Shown here one piece after another: positions 9,087-16,475 of a DNA stretch of 64,000 nucleotides. The position numbers and the translations under genes are program-made. The notes under the pieces are model-generated. The model was not told the origin of the DNA. It saw nothing but the letters and a program-made list of their open reading frames with translations, and did not search any database. This stretch comes from Methylotenera sp. (GTDB taxonomy: Bacteria > Pseudomonadota > Gammaproteobacteria > Burkholderiales > Methylophilaceae), in NCBI GenBank assembly GCA_031381645.1, contig JANMYB010000044.1:8842-72841 (forward strand), written 5' to 3'. Within the stretch, counting starts at the first letter, position 1. Each line of letters begins with the position of its first letter.

Positions 9087-11057
9087 ATGTTTGACTCTTT
9101 AACCAGCGTTTTACTTCTATTAACCAGTTCGGTATTGGCAGTTGCGCTGTTTCGCGCCATGCGTTTGCCTGCAATGCTGGCGTATTTTATGGTGGGCATT
9201 CTGTTTGGCCCATTTGCGCTTAACTTATTACCCAGCACAGAATCTGGCCGCCATGTGGCCGAGTTTGGTATCGTATTTTTAATGTTTAGCATTGGTTTAG
9301 AGTTTAGCTTGCCTAAACTTTATGCCATGCGCAAAACCTTGTTTGGCTTGGGCGGCGCGCAGGTGTTGATTACCTTGTTTGTGACCATTTTACTAAGCTG
9401 GCTAGCTGGCTTCAGCCTGCCCACGGCGTTTGTGGTGGGCGGTGCGCTTACCATGTCATCCACAGCCATCGTGTCTAAAGTGTTAATGGAGCGCGTCGAC
9501 TTAAACTCGCGCCATGGTCGCTTAAGTATTGGTATTTTGCTGTTTCAAGATTTAGCAGTGATTCCTATTTTGGTGCTGTTTCCCGCATTAGGTGCGCAAA
9601 CAGGTGATTTAGCCACCACTTTAGGCATGTCGTTTATCAAATCTGCCGTGTTGTTATTTATATTATTTAAGTTTGGCAAGGGTATCATCAATTTTTGGTT
9701 TAGCTTGGTGGCCAAACAACGCTCGCGCGAGTTGTTTGTGATGAACGTGCTCACAGTCACTTTGTTGCTGGCGACGGTGACCAAAATTGCGGGCTTGTCA
9801 TATGCGCTAGGCGCCTTTATTGCAGGTATGTTGATATCCGAAACGCGTTACCGCTATCAAGTGGAATCTGATATTGCGCCCTTTCGCGATATTTTGCTTG
9901 GCTTATTCTTCATCAGCATTGGCATGCTGCTCGATTTTAATTATTTGTTGCAAAACATTGGTTTGGTTTTGCTACTGTTGGCTGGCTTTGTATTGTTTAA
10001 GGCTGTGGTTGTGGCAGTCTTAGTGCGTGCGTTTGGCTTTGAAACAGGCGTAGGTATTCGCACTGGCATTGTGCTGGCGCAAGCGGGTGAGTTCAGTTTT
10101 GTGATTCTAGCGCTGGGGTTAGAACAAAAACTAATCGGCGGTAACGAGCTACAACTGGTGCTGGCAGCATCTTTATTATCGATGGCGCTTGCTGCGCTTA
10201 TCATTCCATACAACGGCCGCATTGCACGCAAGCTGGTAAAAAGCTATACCCGCAATAGTAGCCAAGTGGTCGAGGCGCTAGATGGTGTGAGTAAAGATTT
10301 AAAAGATCATGTGATTATTTGTGGTTATGGTCGTAGCGGGCAGTACTTAGGACGCTTTTTAAAAGAAGAAAATATTCCTTTTATTGCCTTAGATATTGAT
10401 CCGACGCGCGTACACGAGGCGGCAACAGCAGGGCAGCACGTGATGTATGGCGATGCAGGCCGACGCATTGTGTTGGAAGCCGCTGGCGGCGAGCGTGCTA
10501 AGGCATTAATCGTCAGCTATTCTGATTTGCGCGCTTCGATGAAGGTGCTACATGTTGCGCAAGAGGCTTACCCAAATTTGCCAGTCATTGTGCGCACTTA
10601 TGATGAAACGCACATGGATGAATTTCGTGAGGCGGGGGCGACTGAAGTGGTGCCTGAAGTGTTGGAGGGCAGTTTGATGTTAGCTTCGCACGCTTTGGTT
10701 TTATTGGGTGTTCCGTTGAATCGAGTGATAAAACGTATTAGAGTATTTCGAGAAGAGCGTTACAAGATTTTTAAAGGCTACTTCCGTGGTGTTTCAGATA
10801 TGGATGCGGCAAACGAACAGCGCGCTAGGTTGCATTCGGTTGAAATTAGCAAAGATTCATATGCCAAAAATCTGCGTTTAGATCACATTGATTTGGCGAA
10901 ATTTAGTGTAGAAGTGCAATTAATACGCCGCCCCAATATGCTTGAAGATATTACTCCGCGTGGCGATATTATGCTGGCCGATGGCGATGTGTTGGTGTTG
11001 TTCGGCAGTCCACAAAGTTTAATTGCAGCAGAAATTTACTTGATTACAGGCAAATAA
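9087..11057 (+). CDS. CPA2-family monovalent cation:proton antiporter with RCK (TrkA-N/TrkA-C) domains
   Basis: About 12 TM helices followed by ICGYGRSGQ Rossmann-like RCK and a C-terminal TrkA-C-like region. Confidence 0.85.
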   Translation: MFDSLTSVLLLLTSSVLAVALFRAMRLPAMLAYFMVGILFGPFALNLLPSTESGRHVAEFGIVFLMFSIGLEFSLPKLYAMRKTLFGLGGAQVLITLFVTILLSWLAGFSLPTAFVVGGALTMSSTAIVSKVLMERVDLNSRHGRLSIGILLFQDLAVIPILVLFPALGAQTGDLATTLGMSFIKSAVLLFILFKFGKGIINFWFSLVAKQRSRELFVMNVLTVTLLLATVTKIAGLSYALGAFIAGMLISETRYRYQVESDIAPFRDILLGLFFISIGMLLDFNYLLQNIGLVLLLLAGFVLFKAVVVAVLVRAFGFETGVGIRTGIVLAQAGEFSFVILALGLEQKLIGGNELQLVLAASLLSMALAALIIPYNGRIARKLVKSYTRNSSQVVEALDGVSKDLKDHVIICGYGRSGQYLGRFLKEENIPFIALDIDPTRVHEAATAGQHVMYGDAGRRIVLEAAGGERAKALIVSYSDLRASMKVLHVAQEAYPNLPVIVRTYDETHMDEFREAGATEVVPEVLEGSLMLASHALVLLGVPLNRVIKRIRVFREERYKIFKGYFRGVSDMDAANEQRARLHSVEISKDSYAKNLRLDHIDLAKFSVEVQLIRRPNMLEDITPRGDIMLADGDVLVLFGSPQSLIAAEIYLITGK

Positions 11058-11071
11058 ATAGGTTTTAGTCG

Positions 11072-12079
11072 TTGGCTAGAAAAATAATAGTGGTAGGTGG
11101 CGGCATTGTTGGCTGCATGACAGCGCTGGCATTGGTTGAGCGCGGTTGTGATGTCACCATTGTGGAGCGTAATATTATCGCTGCGCAAACCTCGGGCGAA
11201 TCGTCATGGGCAGGCGCAGGTATTTTGTTTCCGCTACTACCGTGGATGTATCAAGATGCAGTGAATCAACTCGCTATGGCAGGCGCTGGCATGTATGAAA
11301 GACTATGTGAGCGCTTACTCACCGCCACGGGAATTGACCCAGAATACACACAAAGTGGTATTCAGATTTTGTCGCCTCCAGATGAAAAGGCCGCGATTGA
11401 TTGGTGTGAAAAAAATAAAATTCCCGTAGAAAAAAACGCCCAAGGTTTGTTTTTGCCTTCTGTTGCGCAAGTGCGGCCGCCAAATTTGCTGCAAGCCTTA
11501 CGGCAAATACTCATACAACAAAATGTCACTTTGCTAGAAAACACGCAGCTTGAACCGCTTAAAAATGTGAATAAAATAGATGGCTGGAAGACCAATACTG
11601 GTGAGACTCTCAAGGCAGATGTATTTGTAGTGACTTCGGGCGCTTGGAGCTTTGAATTACTCAAAGATACCGCTGCAAATCTCAACATAAAACCCATGCG
11701 TGGGCAGATTTTGCTTTATGAAAATGTGCCAGAAATACCGCAAAATATAATCTACCAAAATGGCTTCTACCTAGTACCGCGGCGCGATGGCTTGCTGCTG
11801 GCGGGCAGCACGCTAGAGGATGTGGGCTTTGACCCGCGCACCACAGAAGTGGTGAAACAGGCACTTAAAACCAAAGCCGAAAGCATTTTACCCAGCTTAA
11901 AGAATGCCGCTATACGCAAGCACTGGAGCGGCCTGCGGCCTGGTACGCCGGATAATTTACCGACAATTGCCGCGCATCCAACCATTCAAAACTTGTACTT
12001 AAATACGGGGCATTTTAGGTATGGTTTAACCATGGCGCCCGCCAGTGCGGAACGTATTACTGCACAAATTTGTGACTGA
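11072..12079 (+). CDS. thiO: FAD-dependent oxidoreductase, ThiO-like glycine oxidase
   Basis: VVGGGIVG dinucleotide-binding motif. DAO-family length and C-terminal HFRYG motif. The specific substrate is inferred. Confidence 0.6.
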   Translation: MARKIIVVGGGIVGCMTALALVERGCDVTIVERNIIAAQTSGESSWAGAGILFPLLPWMYQDAVNQLAMAGAGMYERLCERLLTATGIDPEYTQSGIQILSPPDEKAAIDWCEKNKIPVEKNAQGLFLPSVAQVRPPNLLQALRQILIQQNVTLLENTQLEPLKNVNKIDGWKTNTGETLKADVFVVTSGAWSFELLKDTAANLNIKPMRGQILLYENVPEIPQNIIYQNGFYLVPRRDGLLLAGSTLEDVGFDPRTTEVVKQALKTKAESILPSLKNAAIRKHWSGLRPGTPDNLPTIAAHPTIQNLYLNTGHFRYGLTMAPASAERITAQICD

Positions 12080-12151
12080 CGCCAAGTTCTGCGGCAGTTT
12101 GTAAACTGTGATTTTGTGGGAAACTTTTGCATAGCAAAACCACAAAAGCGC

Positions 12152-12205
12152 GATTTACAAAATGTCCAGCACGCGAAGCGTGCGAGCTGCAACGATTTGT
12201 TAGCC
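12152..12205 (-). other. attC-like site 2 (terminal, partly degenerate)
   Basis: Minus strand reads GGCTAAC-AAATC-GTTGCAG..GCACGC-TTC-GCGTGC..TTTT-GTAAATC. The stop codon TAA of the upstream ORF lies inside GGCTAAC. The R' end reads GTAAATC rather than GTT. Confidence 0.5.
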
Positions 12206-12829
12206 TTTTTCAATATATTCAAGTGATATGTTTTCAAAGTTAATGATTTCCGTGGTTTCAAAATTGCACTGCTGCCACATAATTTCTTCATTGTTTTTTA
12301 AAAAATCTAATTGCTCTGAAATGTCACCACCTTGCTCTGTCCGAAGACTAGAAGCCAAAACATTGCTAATAGTTAATACAATGGGAGACGGTTCATTAAT
12401 TAAAATAGAGCGTAACTCATGGGAAGAAGGAAACACTTTTAAGGCGGAATCTTCGGATATTTCCTTTAGCGCTTCGTAAGCAGATATGAAAATTGATAGA
12501 TATTCTGACCCATAATGATTTAACTTTGCATAGTTTGTCGCTGTGCATTTGGATGGAGTCAAATACACAGAGCCATAGCGAAAATTCATTCCGCTGTTTG
12601 TAACTCTGCCATTTAGCATAGTATTACAAATATAACCATTATTCGCCCACCACTCTGACTCAGAAAAACGTTCCGAAAAAACCTCGCAGATATTTTGAAA
12701 TAGACTTTCAATGTTGTACTTTTTCAGTACGTTAATACCTCCTAACCCTTCTTTCTTTATTGATGAAAGAAAAATACTGGATGTACCATGATACAGATCA
12801 GTTTTTAAAATTCCCGAGTTGTCAATCAT
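12200..12829 (-). CDS. Cassette-borne hypothetical protein, possible PARP-like (H-Y-E) ADP-ribosyltransferase fold
   Basis: AAGGA RBS 7 nt before the ATG. Motifs DLYHGTSS (His14), FRYGSVYLTPS (Tyr89) and NFETTE (Glu191). AT-rich relative to its neighbours. Confidence 0.75.
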   Translation of the reverse strand: MIDNSGILKTDLYHGTSSIFLSSIKKEGLGGINVLKKYNIESLFQNICEVFSERFSESEWWANNGYICNTMLNGRVTNSGMNFRYGSVYLTPSKCTATNYAKLNHYGSEYLSIFISAYEALKEISEDSALKVFPSSHELRSILINEPSPIVLTISNVLASSLRTEQGGDISEQLDFLKNNEEIMWQQCNFETTEIINFENISLEYIEKG

Positions 12830-12842
12830 GTGCGTCCTTTAT

Positions 12843-12912
12843 GGCTAACGTAGAAGTCACCGGCGCTGCGCGGCTTTATCGCGCAGCGTCCGTGTGGACT
12901 GCCAGGTTGGAG
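12843..12912 (-). other. attC recombination site 1 (70 bp)
   Basis: Minus strand reads CTCCAAC-CTGGC-AGTCCAC-A-CGGACGCTGCGCG-ATAAAGC-CGCGCAGCGCCG-GTGACT-TCTAC-GTTAGCC. It has R/L boxes, unpaired spacers, and extra bases on one arm only. Confidence 0.75.
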
Positions 12913-12916
12913 ATGT

Positions 12917-13657
12917 TCATCGTAACTTAGCTTTTTCACTATCAATTACTGCGAGTTCGGCATCGCGCTTTGAAAGGATTGACTTGTATTGAGCAGATTC
13001 TTTCGCTTTTTCTTCGGAGTCGCCCTTGACAAACGGTGTGATTACGAATGATCCGATTGTCCACCACATAAATATTTCAGCATTAATCTTTGAAAAAAAC
13101 ACAGCAAGTAGCATCCCGAGTGCAAGGAAAACGCCAGCAAAATAGGCCCAGAAATTTGTACATGGTAGTGCCGCTTTCAATGATGGCTCGTATCGTGAAA
13201 TGATTTCTTGACGTCTGTCATTCAATGCGGATATTCGTTTTCGCCGATCCTCTTCGGCCGCACGCCTTGCGCGTTCCTCACCTTCTTCGGCCGCACGCCT
13301 TGAGCGTTCCTCAGCATCTCTCTGCCGTTTGATTGCTTCAACTTTCGCCCTGTCAGCACGTTTGAAATTCTCAACTTGCATTTTTGTGCCAACAACCCCC
13401 TTTATTGATATGATTGCTTCTTCAGTAGTGCAGCGAAACCACTCTTTCCCCTCCCTGTGATTTCTCAAGCGACCGTGAACTGTTTGCTCGACGTCACGCG
13501 GTTCGTCAACCAATACCTCATAGTCAACGGCGTATGGGTGAGGTGACCCAGTGTGATTTAACTCTGCCGCCCGCAGCTCTGGGTCTTTCATGGAAAAGCC
13601 AACCTTGATGAGGCCAGGCATGGCTTTGTTTGTGATGACGTAAACCCAACCCTTCAT
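12917..13657 (-). CDS. Cassette-borne T5orf172/MUG113 (GIY-YIG-like) domain protein with charged coiled coil and two C-terminal TM helices
   Basis: GWVYVITN..GLIKVGFS..DPELRAAEL..HGRL..REGKEWF pattern. Start placed at the ATG at 13657 (AGGAGAG RBS) rather than the TTG at 13681. Confidence 0.75.
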   Translation of the reverse strand: MKGWVYVITNKAMPGLIKVGFSMKDPELRAAELNHTGSPHPYAVDYEVLVDEPRDVEQTVHGRLRNHREGKEWFRCTTEEAIISIKGVVGTKMQVENFKRADRAKVEAIKRQRDAEERSRRAAEEGEERARRAAEEDRRKRISALNDRRQEIISRYEPSLKAALPCTNFWAYFAGVFLALGMLLAVFFSKINAEIFMWWTIGSFVITPFVKGDSEEKAKESAQYKSILSKRDAELAVIDSEKAKLR

Positions 13658-13756
13658 GGCGATAACTCTCCTAATCTCCAACGTAAAGTAGAACCCAAAA
13701 ATGAACTTAATCTTTTATTGGGGCTGGTGTATAAAACATTAAAGTTTAGCATTAGC

Positions 13757-13963
13757 TTATTTCGCTTCATCTGCTGGTGCTTCAATATTTTCTAATGCTT
13801 TCTGTTGCTCTGCAGCCAGTGCTTCGGCAGCGTTAATATCATTGGTGGCTTTATCGATAATCGTTTTAGGAATAGCACCCACTTCGGCGGAGGCTTGTTT
13901 TTGCTGCTCGCAGGCGCTTAATGTAACGGCGCACAAGGTACAAATTAGCAACCATTTAACCAT
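13757..13963 (-). CDS. Small lipoprotein (68 aa)
   Basis: Lipobox LSAC after a signal peptide. Only 20 nt downstream of the OMP gene, so probably in the same operon. Confidence 0.6.
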   Translation of the reverse strand: MVKWLLICTLCAVTLSACEQQKQASAEVGAIPKTIIDKATNDINAAEALAAEQQKALENIEAPADEAK

Positions 13964-13983
13964 CTTATTCTCCTAAAAGTAAC

Positions 13984-14772
13984 TTAGAAATAGTGCACTA
14001 TCACAAAGCCAGAACCCCAATTTGGGCTGGCATCGCTATAGCCTGTGAGCAGGTAAAAGTTAAGTTTATTGTTGTCGTTAAGATAGTAGTTTGCGTAAGC
14101 TGAGGCTTCTTGCGCATTTTGCGAGAATTGGGTGACTTTTTGTTGCCAATCGTAACTCGCTCCAAGCGTTAAATCGCGATTCACTAGATATTCAAAGCCA
14201 AGCGAAGTGGACCACATATTTTTGTAATTAATGCCGCTTGGGTCACCTTTCCATTTGTAGCCTACGTTCCAATAGGGCGTCCAATGGCTGATGGTTTTAA
14301 AAACTTCTAGATTTAAGCCATAGTCAGTTTTTCCCGAACCTAAAAATTTATTTTCGTCCGCAGTGGGGATTTTAATTTTACCGATGATATCAAGCCCGAC
14401 AAGGTAATCACGGTCATCCAGCAGGGCGTAAGCGGCCGATAAATGGACATCGCCAATGCCTGTCTCTGTATTTTTTTTGCCACCACTGCCAATAAAGTTA
14501 CCGTCTGCATCTACGTTGTTGGGGCTTGTGACGTGTAGCCAAGAGGTGGAAGCTCCAAAGCGCCAAGCGCCTGTTCTGTACTTTAAACTAATCGGAATTG
14601 CCCATACATCGGTATCTTCGCTTGCTCCATAATTGCCAGAAGAATAATCAGCGCCGACAGAAACTGAAAACCTGCCGCTAGAAGGCTTGTTTGATTGGGT
14701 TGGCTCGGCAGCCAAGCAGGCTTGGCTAATTAAAGCCAAGAGCCCGAAAGTATAAATAAAGTGCATAGCCAT
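13984..14772 (-). CDS. Outer-membrane beta-barrel protein (MetA-pathway/transporter-like family)
   Basis: Signal peptide, alternating beta-strand pattern, and C-terminal aromatic residue (..VIVHYF). Confidence 0.7.
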   Translation of the reverse strand: MAMHFIYTFGLLALISQACLAAEPTQSNKPSSGRFSVSVGADYSSGNYGASEDTDVWAIPISLKYRTGAWRFGASTSWLHVTSPNNVDADGNFIGSGGKKNTETGIGDVHLSAAYALLDDRDYLVGLDIIGKIKIPTADENKFLGSGKTDYGLNLEVFKTISHWTPYWNVGYKWKGDPSGINYKNMWSTSLGFEYLVNRDLTLGASYDWQQKVTQFSQNAQEASAYANYYLNDNNKLNFYLLTGYSDASPNWGSGFVIVHYF

Positions 14773-14845
14773 TCTTTCTAATCGAATTATTTTAAGGGCA
14801 GTAGCTAATAGTTAAATCCTAGCACAAAAAAATATAAAATAATAC

Positions 14846-14904
14846 TTGACACGGGATTATATCCCATTTAATCTACATACATAAAAAGGGATTATATCCC
14901 ATTT
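14846..14904 (+). promoter_or_regulatory. Putative sigma-70 promoter flanked by two identical 17-nt operator-like repeats
   Basis: TTGACA (14846-14851), 17 nt, then TAATCT (14869-14874). GGGATTATATCCCATTT occurs at 14853-14869 and again at 14888-14904; each copy contains the inverted arms GGGAT-N3-ATCCC. Confidence 0.4.
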
Positions 14905-14939
14905 TATTAATTTTTAACTTAATTGTTGAGGAGTTTGAA

Positions 14940-15236
14940 ATGAATAAATTACTTTTATCTTTAATGTTAGCTTTGGGTGTGGCAATGGTTTCTACACCTG
15001 CAATGGCAAGACAAGGCGCAGATGGCCCTGTTGGTCATGTGCGTGGTGCAGATCATGCTGATGGACATGTAAGCGGTCGGGATCGCGTAAGAGTTGGTGG
15101 CGGAGGCCGTAATGATCGTACTGGTGACGCACCTCGTGTTAATGGCGAAGATGGTGGTGTACATCAATGTCGCGGTTGCGATGATCCAACGAGTGGTCGT
15201 AACCGTAATCGTTCTATCCCAAGTACTGACGATTAG
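14940..15236 (+). CDS. Small secreted Gly/Arg/Asp/His-rich protein (98 aa)
   Basis: GAGGAG RBS, signal peptide ending AMA|RQ, and a low-complexity mature region with GHV/DHADGH motifs and a CRGC pair. Confidence 0.6.
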   Translation: MNKLLLSLMLALGVAMVSTPAMARQGADGPVGHVRGADHADGHVSGRDRVRVGGGGRNDRTGDAPRVNGEDGGVHQCRGCDDPTSGRNRNRSIPSTDD

Positions 15237-15301
15237 TTGCGAAAGTATTAGGGGCTAATTAGGTAATTGCGTATTAGTTTGATAGTGTGATTTTTTAGTA
15301 C

Positions 15302-15358
15302 AAACCACTCGTTTATTTAACTGATAGTCATAATCAGAGACGAGTGGTTTATTTTGTT
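15302..15358 (+). terminator. Hairpin terminator
   Basis: AAACCACTCGT ... ACGAGTGGTTT followed by ATTTTGTT. Confidence 0.55.
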
Positions 15359-15408
15359 ACCCAATCGCCAGATTTCCCACCGTATTTTTCTAGCAGTCTA
15401 TAATAGCT
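15349..15408 (-). pseudogene. Displaced duplicate of the moaC 3' end
   Basis: Translates ..LLEKYGGKSGDWVTK*, versus ..[15 protein letters not shown] in moaC. About 45 of 60 nt match 16476-16535. Confidence 0.6.
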
Positions 15409-15413
15409 AACAT

Positions 15414-16433
15414 CTAATTAAGTTTAATCCATATTCTAGAGCCTGGGGAGTGATAAAACATATCTCCTTCAACATCAATCTTTAGGAGCAGTCTATGATA
15501 TCCGAGCGCAAAATCCGAGATAGGTATATTGGCATCAAAGCCACTATAAAGATAATCCGGATTATTAAAATGCGTGGCAACATCTTTACGTTCGATACCG
15601 TAATGAACAGAGTAATCTTTGCCACCTAAACTTAGCCGGATATTTTTTATATTATCTGCGCTTGCAACCCAGCCTCTCACTAAAATACTATTTTGTTTAT
15701 GACTTACCTCTACATCTGAGGTATCTTTAATCTTAAAAAGTTCTATATGATTAACGCTGTCAATGTAACCATATACAGAATCCTGATTTTTAGACCATTT
15801 GCCAGGATCAGCTTCTGGCCCTACCACTTCATACATAAGCAATACAAAAGAACAAAAAATTCCCAATACTGAGTGAAATATCGTGATGGTGAAAAGATTG
15901 GGATATTTGTGATAAATACTCGTCCATACAATGCCCGCGACAAAGCAGAATATGATGAGCGGTGGTGATGGAATGTGTATCATGGAGAAAGTGAATGCTG
16001 AAAAAATAATAGCAATATTGGTATGGGGAAAAAATATTTTTCTGTAGCGCCTAAAGAAAAAAGCTAGAAAAATATATGCTTGGCATAACACCACAAACGG
16101 GTAGATAGCAAGTCTTTTCCAGAAAGCATAATCATGATAAAAAAAATTGTTTACTGGTAAAAAGTGCTGCCATACCACATATAAAATTGGAATAACTATT
16201 GATATGAAAATAAGCAGTAATTTAAAAGAGTCATGCCAGTTTTTCAGGCTTAAGCCGATGTTTTCTAAGCTTTCCTTATTACTGAAATCTGAATAAATTA
16301 AAAATAAAAGGATTGGTATTACGGAGAAAATTTTTACCCACTGAGAATGCAGTGGAATTATTAGCCATACATAACCAAAAATAAATATAATTCCAGCCAA
16401 AACTTCTAATAGTGGTTTGATTTTTTGAGGCAT
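15414..16433 (-). CDS. Polytopic membrane protein, CPBP (CAAX protease/Abi)-like with degenerate catalytic motifs, plus a C-terminal soluble domain
   Basis: At least 7 TM helices. FSMIH and FHSVLG motifs resemble CPBP motifs 2 and 3, but the Glu-Glu motif is absent. Very AT-rich. Confidence 0.6.
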   Translation of the reverse strand: MPQKIKPLLEVLAGIIFIFGYVWLIIPLHSQWVKIFSVIPILLFLIYSDFSNKESLENIGLSLKNWHDSFKLLLIFISIVIPILYVVWQHFLPVNNFFYHDYAFWKRLAIYPFVVLCQAYIFLAFFFRRYRKIFFPHTNIAIIFSAFTFSMIHIPSPPLIIFCFVAGIVWTSIYHKYPNLFTITIFHSVLGIFCSFVLLMYEVVGPEADPGKWSKNQDSVYGYIDSVNHIELFKIKDTSDVEVSHKQNSILVRGWVASADNIKNIRLSLGGKDYSVHYGIERKDVATHFNNPDYLYSGFDANIPISDFALGYHRLLLKIDVEGDMFYHSPGSRIWIKLN

Positions 16434-16475
16434 ACTATTTGCTCTTTTCTTTTGGGTAAAGACGGCACATAGAAT

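Larger units (their letters stand above)
12152..13682 (-). mobile_element. Array of two integron-type gene cassettes without an integrase (CALIN-like)
   Basis: Each cassette begins with G|TTRRRY (GTTGGAG; GTTAGCC). Each ends in an attC whose inverse core is the exact complement (CTCCAAC; GGCTAAC). See findings. Confidence 0.7.

Noticed and set aside
12124-12140. A 13-nt identity (TTTTGCATAGCAA) is shared with 39654-39670. Both lie just after plus-strand gene ends.
   Set aside because: A single 13-mer match is within chance expectation for all-against-all comparison of 64 kb on both strands. The flanking sequence is not similar.
13683-13756. Looked for a third attC or an attI upstream of cassette 1, which would make the small lipoprotein gene a cassette as well.
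   Set aside because: Only a weak inverse-core-like GCTAAAC and a short CCCAATAAAA/TTTTTGGG stem are present. The R and L boxes cannot be paired convincingly. The lipoprotein gene appears to be in an operon with the OMP gene.
14967-15167. 66-aa minus-strand ORF overlapping the small secreted protein gene.
   Set aside because: It has no RBS or signal features and a Cys/Thr-rich, junk-like composition. The plus-strand ORF has a strong RBS and signal peptide.
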